This document shows positions 36,385 through 45,831 of a DNA stretch of 64,000 nucleotides, piece after piece. The first letter of the stretch is position 1; each line of letters starts with the position of its first letter. A model generated the notes under the pieces. That model saw only the letters and a list, made by a program, of their open reading frames with translations. It was not told where the DNA came from and ran no database searches. The stretch comes from Candidatus Latescibacterota bacterium (GTDB taxonomy: Bacteria; Latescibacterota; UBA2968; UBA8231). The position numbers and the translations under genes are program-made. Location: positions 2,272,001-2,336,000 of the forward strand of contig OZ241867.1 in assembly GCA_965203175.1 (NCBI GenBank). Direction: 5' to 3'.

Positions 36385-38940
36385 ATGACGGACGCGAAGA
36401 TACTGATTGTCGAGGACGATGAACCTAGCGCAACGCACCTCGAAGAATGTCTCAAAAACCTAGGGTACGCAGTATGTGCCTCGGTTTCGTGCGGGCACGA
36501 GGCTATTGAAAAAGCCGCGACCACACGCCCCGACCTCGCCCTAGTCGATCTCGGACTCGAAGGGAAGGTCTCCGGCTTGGAAACAGCCGAGCAGATCGGC
36601 AGCCGGTTCGATGTTCCCGTGATGTATCTGACCGATGGAGCTGAAGAAGACCTGTTGCAACGGGCGCAGGAGACCAACCCGTTTGGCTACGTGCTGAAGC
36701 CGTTTGAGGCGCACCAACTGCATCTGAACATCCAAACCGCCGTCTCTATGCACGAGAGGGAAACTAGCCACAAAAAGACGGAGATCCGGTTGAAACGAAT
36801 AATCAAAAAATTGAAAGATTTCACCCGGCTAATGAAAACCGTGTTCGATAGTATGAGCGAAGGCGTGGTCGCCGTCGATGAAAACAGGAAACTCGTGTTT
36901 CACAATTCGGTCGCGCGGGGGTTCGGCGGCGGTCTGCCGCTGGAGCAGGACATCGACAAATGGGCCGAGAAGTACGGTGTCTTTCAATCCCATGGGAAGG
37001 CGCTGGTCTCGAAGGAAGAAAGTCCGCTGGAGTTGGCATTGAACGGCAAGGCGACGGACGATTTCGAGGTAATGGTGCACAATGAGAAAATGCCGGAAGG
37101 CGTTCATGCTCACATCAGCATCAGCGGCAGGCCACTGCGGGGCAAAGCAGGGGCTCTGACGGGGGGTGTTCTCGTCTTCCGCGACATCACTAGGCTCCAG
37201 CATACAGAAGTCGCACTAGAACGGACGATCGCCGAGCAGAAGGACCAGGCCCTGCTCATGGAGACCATTCTCAGCAGTATCAGCGATGGCGTGTTGGTCG
37301 CCAACGACGAAGGAAAATTCACGTTTTTCAATCCCAGCGCCGAACAGATCACTGGCGGCATGCTGGATCTAAAGTCCGAACAATGGGCCGGGAACTATGG
37401 AGTTTTCTATTCCGACCAAAAAACCCGCATGACAGCGGCAGAGCTTCCCCTAGTGCGCGCTGTGCAGGGTGAGGCGACCGACGATGTTGAGATGTTTGTC
37501 CGCAATAAGAAAAAGCCGGACGGCTATCACGTCAGCGTCAGTGGACGGCCGCTAAAGACGGATGTAGAAGGACACGGAGGGGGCGTGATCGTTTTCCGCG
37601 ACATCACCAGACAAAAAGAGGCGGCCGCAGAATTGGACAAAACCATGGAGGAACTGCGCAAGCAGAGCGAACTGATGGAGACCATGTTCAATAGTATCAG
37701 CGACGGCATCATCGTCGCCGATGTAACGGGGCAGTCCTTCTACGTAAATCCCGCGGCCGAACAAATTATCGGCATGAATATAATAACGGACTGCCCTCCG
37801 GAGGAGTGGGTCGAGCGGTACGGCCTCTTCTATCCCGATCGGGAAACACCCATGAGAATGGAGGATCTGCCGTTCCTCCAAGTCATCGGCCAAGGTGAGT
37901 CGATGGATGACGTGGATATATGCATACGCAACCAAAACAGGCCGGATGGCGTGTTTATCCGGGTGAGTGGCCGGCCGCTGCTGGACAATCTCGGCGGGAT
38001 CAGGGGCGGCGTGATCATTTTCCGCGATGTTACCGAGCGCACGCTCGCCGAGGAGGCGCTGGCGCAGGCATTTGCACAAGGGCGGTTGGAGGTAGTCGAT
38101 ACCATTCTCCACAACATCGGCAATGCCATCAACAGCGTCACCACGGGAATCGAGACTGTGCGTCAGCACTTGGGGAATGATCGCGTCGGCCGCCGTCTCT
38201 TCGCATTGGCCACGGCGGTGCGAGAACACCAGGACGACTGGAGCGATTACATTGAGAACGATCCTCAAGGCCGCAGAGTGATGCCGTTCATCATTGAGCT
38301 ATCCGAAAGTTTTTCCAAGCGAAACGAAGAGCTGATAAAGACGGTCGGCCGCGTCCGGGACCGGGCCAATCACATCGCCGACATCGTCCGCACCCAAAAG
38401 GCGTTTGGCAGTCCCGCTATGGCTCGCAAGGACATTGATCTGCACGATGCGCTCTCGGCCGCCGTCAGGGTATTGCGGGATTCGCTCAACAAAAAGGGGA
38501 TCCATACCGACATCGACTGCGAAGACGCACCGCGGGAGATTCGCATCGAGGAGAGCCAGTTTCACCAGATGTTGGTCAATTTGGTCAAAAATTCGATTGA
38601 AGCCATCGACGATCTTACCCTAGCGCAGGGGCTTGACGAAACGCCCCGCATCCAGATCAGGGCCAGTGCCGAAGACAATTTTCTCAAGCTCGAAGTAAGC
38701 GACAACGGCATCGGCATCAAAAGTAAAGACACCAAGGCGATTTTTGCGCCCGGTTATACCACGAAAAGATTGGGGAGCGGGCTCGGTCTTCATTCGGCGG
38801 CCAATTTTGTCATTGCCTTCGGCGGCCGAATTCAGGCTTTGAGCAAGGGTATCGGCAAGGGCGCGACCATGCGCGTCAGGCTGCCGCTTTCCTCGGTCGC
38901 GCCCCACGCCAATGGCAGGGCAGGCGTATCAACCGACTGA
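36385..38940 (+). CDS. Hybrid sensor histidine kinase (REC - 3xPAS - HisKA - HATPase)
   Basis: ILIVEDD...LVD receiver; three LMxTxxxSxSxG...VFRDIT PAS repeats; LHNIGN H-box, NLVKNS, DNGIG, GSGLGL. Confidence 0.9.
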   Translation: MTDAKILIVEDDEPSATHLEECLKNLGYAVCASVSCGHEAIEKAATTRPDLALVDLGLEGKVSGLETAEQIGSRFDVPVMYLTDGAEEDLLQRAQETNPFGYVLKPFEAHQLHLNIQTAVSMHERETSHKKTEIRLKRIIKKLKDFTRLMKTVFDSMSEGVVAVDENRKLVFHNSVARGFGGGLPLEQDIDKWAEKYGVFQSHGKALVSKEESPLELALNGKATDDFEVMVHNEKMPEGVHAHISISGRPLRGKAGALTGGVLVFRDITRLQHTEVALERTIAEQKDQALLMETILSSISDGVLVANDEGKFTFFNPSAEQITGGMLDLKSEQWAGNYGVFYSDQKTRMTAAELPLVRAVQGEATDDVEMFVRNKKKPDGYHVSVSGRPLKTDVEGHGGGVIVFRDITRQKEAAAELDKTMEELRKQSELMETMFNSISDGIIVADVTGQSFYVNPAAEQIIGMNIITDCPPEEWVERYGLFYPDRETPMRMEDLPFLQVIGQGESMDDVDICIRNQNRPDGVFIRVSGRPLLDNLGGIRGGVIIFRDVTERTLAEEALAQAFAQGRLEVVDTILHNIGNAINSVTTGIETVRQHLGNDRVGRRLFALATAVREHQDDWSDYIENDPQGRRVMPFIIELSESFSKRNEELIKTVGRVRDRANHIADIVRTQKAFGSPAMARKDIDLHDALSAAVRVLRDSLNKKGIHTDIDCEDAPREIRIEESQFHQMLVNLVKNSIEAIDDLTLAQGLDETPRIQIRASAEDNFLKLEVSDNGIGIKSKDTKAIFAPGYTTKRLGSGLGLHSAANFVIAFGGRIQALSKGIGKGATMRVRLPLSSVAPHANGRAGVSTD

Positions 38941-38954
38941 TAGAAAGGGTAGCG

Positions 38955-40844
38955 ATGAAATCCGTGAATCACGAGAACAATCGCGTCCTAATAGTCGACG
39001 ATCAGCACGAGATCCACGACGACTTTAAAGAGATGTTAAATCCCAGTTTTGCGCAGCCATCAACGGATGATCTTGCGACGGCCTTTGTGCGCGAGGAAGA
39101 GGAGGCTTGGCTCCCAGAATTTGAGTTGCTGCACGCAAATAATGGAGAGGAAGCATACGAAATCATTCGGGCGGGAAAGGAATCGAACCGCCCCGTCGCC
39201 GTCGCCTACATCGACATCAGAATGCCGCCGGGCATCGATGGTATCGAAACGATCCGCCGGGTGCGAAAAATTGATCGCGATGTCGAAATCGTCATCATGA
39301 CCGCGTACACCGATAAGGCACTGCCCGAGATCGTCCACGATATGGAATTGCTGCACAAGCTACTCTACATCAGAAAGCCTTTCGCGCACGAGGAGATCCA
39401 GCAAATCACCCTTTCCTTAGTCGGGAAGTGGAACATCGAACGGGAGCTGGCGGAGAAACGGCGGCAGCTCACCAACAGTCATCGAAGACTGGAAGCGGTG
39501 CTCAATGCTACCGGGGACGCCGTTGCGATGCACGACAGTGCCGGACATCTAGTTTTTGCCAATCAGGTATACGAAGAGCTACTAGGTCTGGAGGAAAGTG
39601 AGCTGAAGAAAATTCCGCCGCGCGGTCTCTCGGCGCGTTTCGAAGAGCGGTTCCGGGAACCGGACCTGCGCGACGTGGAGGGAAGGTTTCTCCTCGACAG
39701 CGGCAACGTGGTGGAAACGACCAGCGCTGGCCAAGAGCCGCAGCAGCGGCTGTTCTACCGCTCCACAGCGCCGGTGCGCGATGGTCGAGGAGAGGAAATC
39801 GGCAGCCTCGTCCTGTACCGGGACGTGTCCAAGGAGATCGAGGCCGAGCAGATGAGGGCTGAGGTCCTGCGGCTGCGCACCGAGCTGGAGGCGACCTCCT
39901 CCTTTGCTGGCATGGTCGGTACCAGCCCTAGAATGCAGCAGGTGTACGCGCTGATGCAGCAGGCCGCCGAAGGCGATATTGCGGTGCTCATTCGCGGCGA
40001 GAGCGGCACCGGTAAAGAGTTGGTAGCCAAGTCGGTTCACCTCAACGGCCCGCGCAAGCAGGGGCCGTTCGTGGCTCTCAATTGCGCCGCCATTCCCGAA
40101 ACGCTCATCGAAAGCGAGTTGTTCGGGCATGAACGGGGAGCTTTTACGGGGGCGACAGAGCAGAGACGCGGGGCTTTCGAGCGCGCCGCTGGGGGTACGA
40201 TCCTTCTCGACGAGATCGGCGATATGCCATATGCCCTGCAGGGTAAGCTATTGCGCGTTTTGCAGGAGCGGGAAATCCAGCGGGTGGGCGGTACCGCCTC
40301 CATTCCCGTCGACATCCGGGTGATGACGGCTACCAACAAGGATATAGAGCTCCTAGTGAGAATGGGCGAGTTCCGCCAAGATCTGTTCTATCGCGTAGCC
40401 GCCTTCCCCATTGAGATTCCGCCGCTGAGAGAGCGGCGCGAGGACATTCCCCTGCTGGCTAGACATTTTCTCGATAAACACGCCGAACGCGCCGACAAAT
40501 CTATCAGTGGCATCTCCACCGCTGCCCTGCGCCTGTTGCTCCAGTACGATTGGCCCGGCAACGTGCGCGAGCTGGAGAATGCCATCGAGCGCGCTGTGTT
40601 GTTGGAAACGGACGCGGTACTGCAAGCGAGCAATCTGCCTCTCCAGTTGTCGCCAGCCGTCGCTGCCGGGAGCGACCACTCGACGCTGGCAGCGGTCCTG
40701 CCGCTGGCCGAGGTCGAGCGGCAGGCCCTAGTCCACGCCCTTGAAGTCGCGGACAACAACGTTACGCAGGCAGCTCGGGCACTGGGTATCAATCGGTCAA
40801 CCCTGCACCGAAAATTGAAGAAATACAACCTCTCCAAGGATTGA
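38955..40844 (+). CDS. Sigma-54-dependent response regulator (REC - PAS - AAA+ - Fis HTH)
   Basis: DIRMPPG, GESGTGKE, GAFTGA, LDEIG, WPGNVREL, AARALGINRSTL. Confidence 0.92.
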   Translation: MKSVNHENNRVLIVDDQHEIHDDFKEMLNPSFAQPSTDDLATAFVREEEEAWLPEFELLHANNGEEAYEIIRAGKESNRPVAVAYIDIRMPPGIDGIETIRRVRKIDRDVEIVIMTAYTDKALPEIVHDMELLHKLLYIRKPFAHEEIQQITLSLVGKWNIERELAEKRRQLTNSHRRLEAVLNATGDAVAMHDSAGHLVFANQVYEELLGLEESELKKIPPRGLSARFEERFREPDLRDVEGRFLLDSGNVVETTSAGQEPQQRLFYRSTAPVRDGRGEEIGSLVLYRDVSKEIEAEQMRAEVLRLRTELEATSSFAGMVGTSPRMQQVYALMQQAAEGDIAVLIRGESGTGKELVAKSVHLNGPRKQGPFVALNCAAIPETLIESELFGHERGAFTGATEQRRGAFERAAGGTILLDEIGDMPYALQGKLLRVLQEREIQRVGGTASIPVDIRVMTATNKDIELLVRMGEFRQDLFYRVAAFPIEIPPLRERREDIPLLARHFLDKHAERADKSISGISTAALRLLLQYDWPGNVRELENAIERAVLLETDAVLQASNLPLQLSPAVAAGSDHSTLAAVLPLAEVERQALVHALEVADNNVTQAARALGINRSTLHRKLKKYNLSKD

Positions 40845-40917
40845 AACGAGCGGTCGGTCCGGCTTACAATCGGGCTTTCCTTTGGCCTGTGATTCCTCTG
40901 TACTTTTGCAAACGATT

Positions 40918-40932
40918 GTTGCAAATTGCAAC
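40918..40932. promoter_or_regulatory. Palindrome, candidate enhancer (UAS) for the sigma-54 activator
   Basis: GTTGCAA-A-TTGCAAC perfect inverted repeat about 210 bp upstream of the -24/-12 box. Confidence 0.45.
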
Positions 40933-41142
40933 GTACCCTCTGCCTTTTCCCGTAAATTATTCCTATAAATCATTTATAAACATTTAGTTATAGACCTATA
41001 TGCCACTGGGAGAAAGGGGTCGCCGGAGCGGTTTACGACGAGCATTCTGCAACACCCGCAAAAATTTCCCCGTATTCCCGAACGTGCACTAACTCCTTCA
41101 CCTGCAAGGAGTTAGCAATTTATTACAATTTGGTTACAAAAG

Positions 41143-41159
41143 TTGGCACGGAATGTGCA
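41143..41159 (+). promoter_or_regulatory. Sigma-54 -24/-12 promoter
   Basis: TTGGCACG-GAAT-GTGCA with exact GG-N10-GC spacing, directly downstream of a bEBP gene. Confidence 0.75.
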
Positions 41160-41242
41160 TATTGCGGCATGGTAAACGCGGAGCAAGGCACTCCGGACGC
41201 GGCGAAATCGATACCAATAGAAGAACGCGGAGGGAGATAATA

Positions 41243-41911
41243 ATGGGAGGACAGAAACGAGAGTCTAGGACGGGGATGTGGACGGTGATCGAAGGTCTAG
41301 TGCTAGTGCTTATCATAGCCGCTTCGGTACCTTCTCCCCAAGCAGATGAACTGGTCTCGAACTTGGACGAGGCGAATGGAAGAGTCGCCAAGGTATGGTC
41401 CGCACAGCATCATGCCCAGACGTTCGCCACTGGGGAGCACGAGCCTGGATACCTAGTGGAGAGCGTAGAGCTCGATGTGGCGGCGTGGACCGAGGATGCG
41501 AACGTCACAGTGAGCGTGCACGCCGCGTGGAGTAGTGGAGGTCCTGGAGACCATCTCTATACGCTTGAGAATCCAACGCGGGGGACGGGCCGCAAGGTAT
41601 TCACCGTGCGGAAGAGGGATCGGGTGCGACTCGTCGAGCGCCAACCACACGCCATCGTCATTCGCAACACAGGTGGGAAAGGTAGCTTCAATCTCAATAC
41701 GACGACGTCGATAAACCCGGCCGACGAATCGGACTGGCAAATCGAAAACGCGAGGTGGACGACGAACCCGAGCGACGACTTGGACAGGTGGGTTGGAACG
41801 ACTGGGGCTATCAAGATGCGGATCAATGATCGGGACGCGCCGACGCCGGTCTCAGTTGTACGGTCTCGCAGCAACGCCGAAAATGGGTCTCTTGGTCGAG
41901 TTATGGAGTAA
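41243..41911 (+). CDS. Secreted/surface protein N-terminal domain, probably truncated
   Basis: Hydrophobic signal, then ADELVSNL...AQTFATG...GYLVESVEL beta-sandwich. Downstream out-of-frame GLAATP..VELW resembles a decayed FN3 domain. Confidence 0.5.
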   Translation: MGGQKRESRTGMWTVIEGLVLVLIIAASVPSPQADELVSNLDEANGRVAKVWSAQHHAQTFATGEHEPGYLVESVELDVAAWTEDANVTVSVHAAWSSGGPGDHLYTLENPTRGTGRKVFTVRKRDRVRLVERQPHAIVIRNTGGKGSFNLNTTTSINPADESDWQIENARWTTNPSDDLDRWVGTTGAIKMRINDRDAPTPVSVVRSRSNAENGSLGRVME

Positions 41912-42179
41912 CTGAGAAGACGACGGCACATCGTACGAAGCCGGCAGCTACAGGGTAGGCCGGAGAAAAATTCCTATACGGATATCAAAGGGAGGGCGCT
42001 GTGAATCACTTTCTGGTGTGGGAACGTCGGTGGCTATGCTTGGGGAGGGCTGGCCACTGACGCTGAGGGGCACCATTGCCGTCGAGACCGGTATCGATTT
42101 GGCGATGGTGCCCCTCAAAGGACGGGGTGAACCCGTGTCGGCGGCTGCGCCGCACGGGTTTGCTCTGGCGGTGGATACT

Positions 42180-43319
42180 TCAATCCCACCACACTTCACC
42201 GGGAACCAGATGGGCGCGCAGCAGCTCTTCGTTTAACTCCACCCCGATCCCCGGCCGGTCGGGCACAGTGATGTACCCGCGATCGACTACAGGGCCGCCC
42301 CAATCCAGCGCGATATCGTCCCACCAAGGACAGTCGAGACCGTGGTGTTCCAGCGCTAGGAAATTCGGCGCGTTGGCGCACACGTGCGCCGAAGCTACGG
42401 TACCCACGGGCGTGCAGATGTTGTGCGGGGCAAAGGCCAGCGAATGCAATTCGCACAACTCGGCCACCTTTTTGCCTTCCTGCACCCCGCCGAAACGAGG
42501 GATGTCGGGCGTGATAATATCCGCAGCCCGGTCTTCGATCATGGGTCTGAGCCCATGGCTCATCCAGTGATTTTCACCACAGGCAATGGGCACGGAGGTG
42601 TGGTCGGTCACGTACTTTAGGGCGTCGAGATTTTCCGGAGGGGTCGGATCTTCGAGCCACAGGATGTCGATGTCCTCCAGCCTCCGGGCCACCCTGAGCG
42701 CGTCCGCCGGTTGGTAACTCCAGTGCATATCTAGGCATAGCTCGACATCGGCGGGCAGAGCCTCGTAGGCTGCGTGGCTGACGGCGCTCATGTACTCGAC
42801 TTCGGTCCTGGACAGGGCGCGGTTGTGGTGATCCTTGCGGTACTCTTCTGGAGCGCTGTTGTCGATATCGACCTTGACGACGGTGTACCCGGCTTCGACC
42901 CGCTGGCGCACTCCGTCGGCATAGGCTTCGGGCGATTGGTCGCCGGGCCGGGCCGTGTCGGCGTAGATGCGCACCCGATCCCGGTACTTGCCGCCGAGCA
43001 ACTGCCACAAGGGCAGGCCCGTCATCTTGCCGTGCAGGTCCCACAGCGCCAGTTCAACCCCCGACAAGGCCAGCACAATACTTCCTCCCGAGGACCCGGC
43101 GCCGATCAGGCCGCGGTAGATCTTTTGCGCCAGCCGGACCGGGTGGCGGGGATCTTCGCCGACGAGCAGTTTTTCAATGGTCTTGAGGATGTCCCGCACG
43201 CCAATGGGCAACTGCGCTTCGCCAATGCCGCAGATTCCCTCATCCGTTTCCACCTTGACCAGCGTCCACGTCCAGGGAATGCCCTGTATCATGACAGATT
43301 TAATCCCTGTGATTTTCAC
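42180..43319 (-). CDS. Mandelate racemase/muconate lactonizing enzyme family dehydratase
   Basis: VETDEGICGIGE, ALWDLHGK, WLEDP, ACGEN, APHN, PDRPGIGVEL. Confidence 0.9.
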   Translation of the reverse strand: MKITGIKSVMIQGIPWTWTLVKVETDEGICGIGEAQLPIGVRDILKTIEKLLVGEDPRHPVRLAQKIYRGLIGAGSSGGSIVLALSGVELALWDLHGKMTGLPLWQLLGGKYRDRVRIYADTARPGDQSPEAYADGVRQRVEAGYTVVKVDIDNSAPEEYRKDHHNRALSRTEVEYMSAVSHAAYEALPADVELCLDMHWSYQPADALRVARRLEDIDILWLEDPTPPENLDALKYVTDHTSVPIACGENHWMSHGLRPMIEDRAADIITPDIPRFGGVQEGKKVAELCELHSLAFAPHNICTPVGTVASAHVCANAPNFLALEHHGLDCPWWDDIALDWGGPVVDRGYITVPDRPGIGVELNEELLRAHLVPGEVWWD

Positions 43320-43362
43320 GTAGGCAGCGCTCCTCTGAGAGAGTTATTTTCCCTGACGGCTT

Positions 43363-44349
43363 CTAAGTGCGCAGTGCCCGTTCGAGGTCGAGACGACCGG
43401 ACTCTAGGGCGGTGCGGAAGACTTCGATTGTATCTCGGACTCCTTGGACCAGCGACCGGTACTGAAGAGGTCCGAGGGCTTGGTTCAGAGCGCTGTCATC
43501 GGCGCTCGAGGGATGTGGCAGCGGCGTTGGGTCGAATCCAATCTTGCCCGCCGACTCGGGGATAACCTCCTCGATTGCAGCGACGATTTGGGCCATGGAG
43601 ACCGTGCTGCCGCCTAGATTGTACACTGGGGCACCTTCCAGCTTGGTCCTGGCCGCGGCGATAAAGGCGGTGGCGACATCATCGGCGTGGTGATAGACGA
43701 GGGTGCCGCCGTAGGTGATTTCGTACTCGCGACCGAGCGCGGCGGCTAGCATAGCCTTGGTCGGGGTGGAGGTCCAGCCTTGGTCGCGACCCGGTCCGTA
43801 CACCACGCACGGACGCAGACCAATGCTGTGGACCGACTGCTCCCGCCAATAGACCTGAGCCGTGCCCTCGTTGCACTGCTTGAACACTCCGTAGAGAGTC
43901 GGAGGCAGCAACGGAGCGTCGTGGGCAATCGGCCCCGGAGGGTACGCTTCCGGATCGCCGTACACCCCAAACGAGCTTGCAAAGACCAAGTTCTGAATCT
44001 GGTCGCGATGACGCGCAGCCGTTTCTAAGACGACGGTGCTCCCCACAACGTTTACCTTGGCTCCGCGCACTGGATCGGCCCGAACTAAGGGCACCTGCAT
44101 GGCTGCCAAGTGCAGGATATGAGTAATACCGCATTCGACCACGACGCGCTCGAACTCGTCCAGATTCGCGATGTCGCCCTCGAGCAGTCGCACTTGGTCC
44201 AGTTCTTCGTCCGTCATGATCATCCGCAATCGATAGGGATCGCCGCCCAGATCGTAGGTCCACACCGGTATCTCCTCGCGGACTAACCGACGAACCGCCC
44301 ATGCACCCACGCAGCCGAGCGCACCTGTCACCAAATACCGCTCATTCAT
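43363..44349 (-). CDS. NAD-dependent epimerase/dehydratase
   Basis: TGALGCVG, HLAA, YGVFK, VYGPG. Confidence 0.88.
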   Translation of the reverse strand: MNERYLVTGALGCVGAWAVRRLVREEIPVWTYDLGGDPYRLRMIMTDEELDQVRLLEGDIANLDEFERVVVECGITHILHLAAMQVPLVRADPVRGAKVNVVGSTVVLETAARHRDQIQNLVFASSFGVYGDPEAYPPGPIAHDAPLLPPTLYGVFKQCNEGTAQVYWREQSVHSIGLRPCVVYGPGRDQGWTSTPTKAMLAAALGREYEITYGGTLVYHHADDVATAFIAAARTKLEGAPVYNLGGSTVSMAQIVAAIEEVIPESAGKIGFDPTPLPHPSSADDSALNQALGPLQYRSLVQGVRDTIEVFRTALESGRLDLERALRT

Positions 44350-44490
44350 ATATCGCCTTCGTGTGAAAGATAAATACGATTTTTTATTGCCCTGCAGATA
44401 ACATATTGCGTTTCATCTAGCGGTCAATCCACGAGTAGCTGAACGAGTCGAGGAGTATGCCAAAGCAGAAGTCGCAGGACAATGCGGCTG

Positions 44491-45831
44491 TCACGTCGTT
44501 GTTGTCCGGCTCAGCCGGTCGAGGACATTGCGAGTGATTTGGGCGACGGTTCCGTCTCCTTTAAGCCCGTGCGACCAGTCGGTTGTCCCGGCCGTGAACA
44601 CCGTGCCGCCGCGAGTATAAAGGCCCATGACTGCGGCACCTTCCCGGTCTTTTTCCCAGCGCTCGTACCACTCGCTGTCGTCTGAGTGCCATCGCGCAGG
44701 GGCGGTGCACAAGATGGTGAAGTCCGCTGGAGTGCCATAGGTCCCCTTGGGTACCGGCAGTCCATCTTCCAGCGCGAACTCGCAGCCGTCGCACTCGTAG
44801 CCGACGATGGTGTGCTCGCCTCCGAAGGTGTCGTCGCGCTGCAAGTCCGTTCCTGCGAAAACCCAGTGTTCCGGGCGATGGACTGTAAACGCCCCAGACC
44901 CGTCCATGTATTGGCCGTGGCTTAAGTGATAACCCCCGTAGAGGAAGCCGACGCCGGTCAGCTCGTTTTCCGGTCGGCTCACGAGGTGGTGGCTCCACAA
45001 GGTCGAAAGGTCCGCGTAGTCGCCAGCGGCGTAGGCTGGGTCCATGTTGAACTGTTGCTTCCAGCACACTAACGCTCGGCCCTCGTCCTCGCTGCGCACC
45101 CGCCAGCACACAGAGTTGCCGCTGAAAAATGCGGCGTTGCCCCCGGCGGCGATGTAGGCTTCGAGATGGTCGCGCATGGGTGCCGACCAGTATTCATCAT
45201 GCCCCACGCTGAGTACGAGCTGGTAGTTGTCCAACAGTTCGGGATGCCATTCGAGGTCGGAATTGGCGCAGTAGTCGAGCGCGTATCCAGCGCCCTCCGC
45301 CCACTCGACAAAGTCGCGCTCCCAGTGGTCGAACAGCCCGGCCAGCGGACGGTCGAAGGAGACGCGATGCCCCTGCAAGCCGCCGCGGCCGTGGTAGCTG
45401 TAGAGGCTGTAGCCGCCCCAGTTGTTGTAGGCACTGTAGGTGTTGGTGGCTAGCTGGAGGAGGATGCGAGCGTCCGTGGGGCCAGCCGGGCGGACGATGA
45501 AAAAGCCCCGGCTCTCGGCCGTGCGCCGTCCCCGCCGCACGAACTTGCCACCTTGGTCCCCGACGCGCAGCGCAAACTCGTAATACCCACTGCGCCAGTC
45601 GTCCGGCACTTCCAAGGAGTGGGAAATCGGCCAGCCGCAGCCGTTAGACGAAGCGTCTTCGGGCACTGGATGAGACGATCCGGGGAGTTGGTCCTGTTGC
45701 CATACGACTTCGCGCTCGGCACCTATCCGCGTCACTTCCAGCGCGTACTCGTCCGCACTGGTGGACACGTAGAAGCGCACCTGTTCGCCGGCTTGGTAGC
45801 TGAGTTGGTCGGTGTAGCCTTCGACGAACAT
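44491..45831 (-). CDS. N,N-dimethylformamidase beta-subunit family protein
   Basis: TYSAYNNWGG.SLY, VSFDRP, SVGHDEYWS, FFSGN, GYECD, VF.AGT.DW. Confidence 0.8.
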   Translation of the reverse strand: MFVEGYTDQLSYQAGEQVRFYVSTSADEYALEVTRIGAEREVVWQQDQLPGSSHPVPEDASSNGCGWPISHSLEVPDDWRSGYYEFALRVGDQGGKFVRRGRRTAESRGFFIVRPAGPTDARILLQLATNTYSAYNNWGGYSLYSYHGRGGLQGHRVSFDRPLAGLFDHWERDFVEWAEGAGYALDYCANSDLEWHPELLDNYQLVLSVGHDEYWSAPMRDHLEAYIAAGGNAAFFSGNSVCWRVRSEDEGRALVCWKQQFNMDPAYAAGDYADLSTLWSHHLVSRPENELTGVGFLYGGYHLSHGQYMDGSGAFTVHRPEHWVFAGTDLQRDDTFGGEHTIVGYECDGCEFALEDGLPVPKGTYGTPADFTILCTAPARWHSDDSEWYERWEKDREGAAVMGLYTRGGTVFTAGTTDWSHGLKGDGTVAQITRNVLDRLSRTTTT

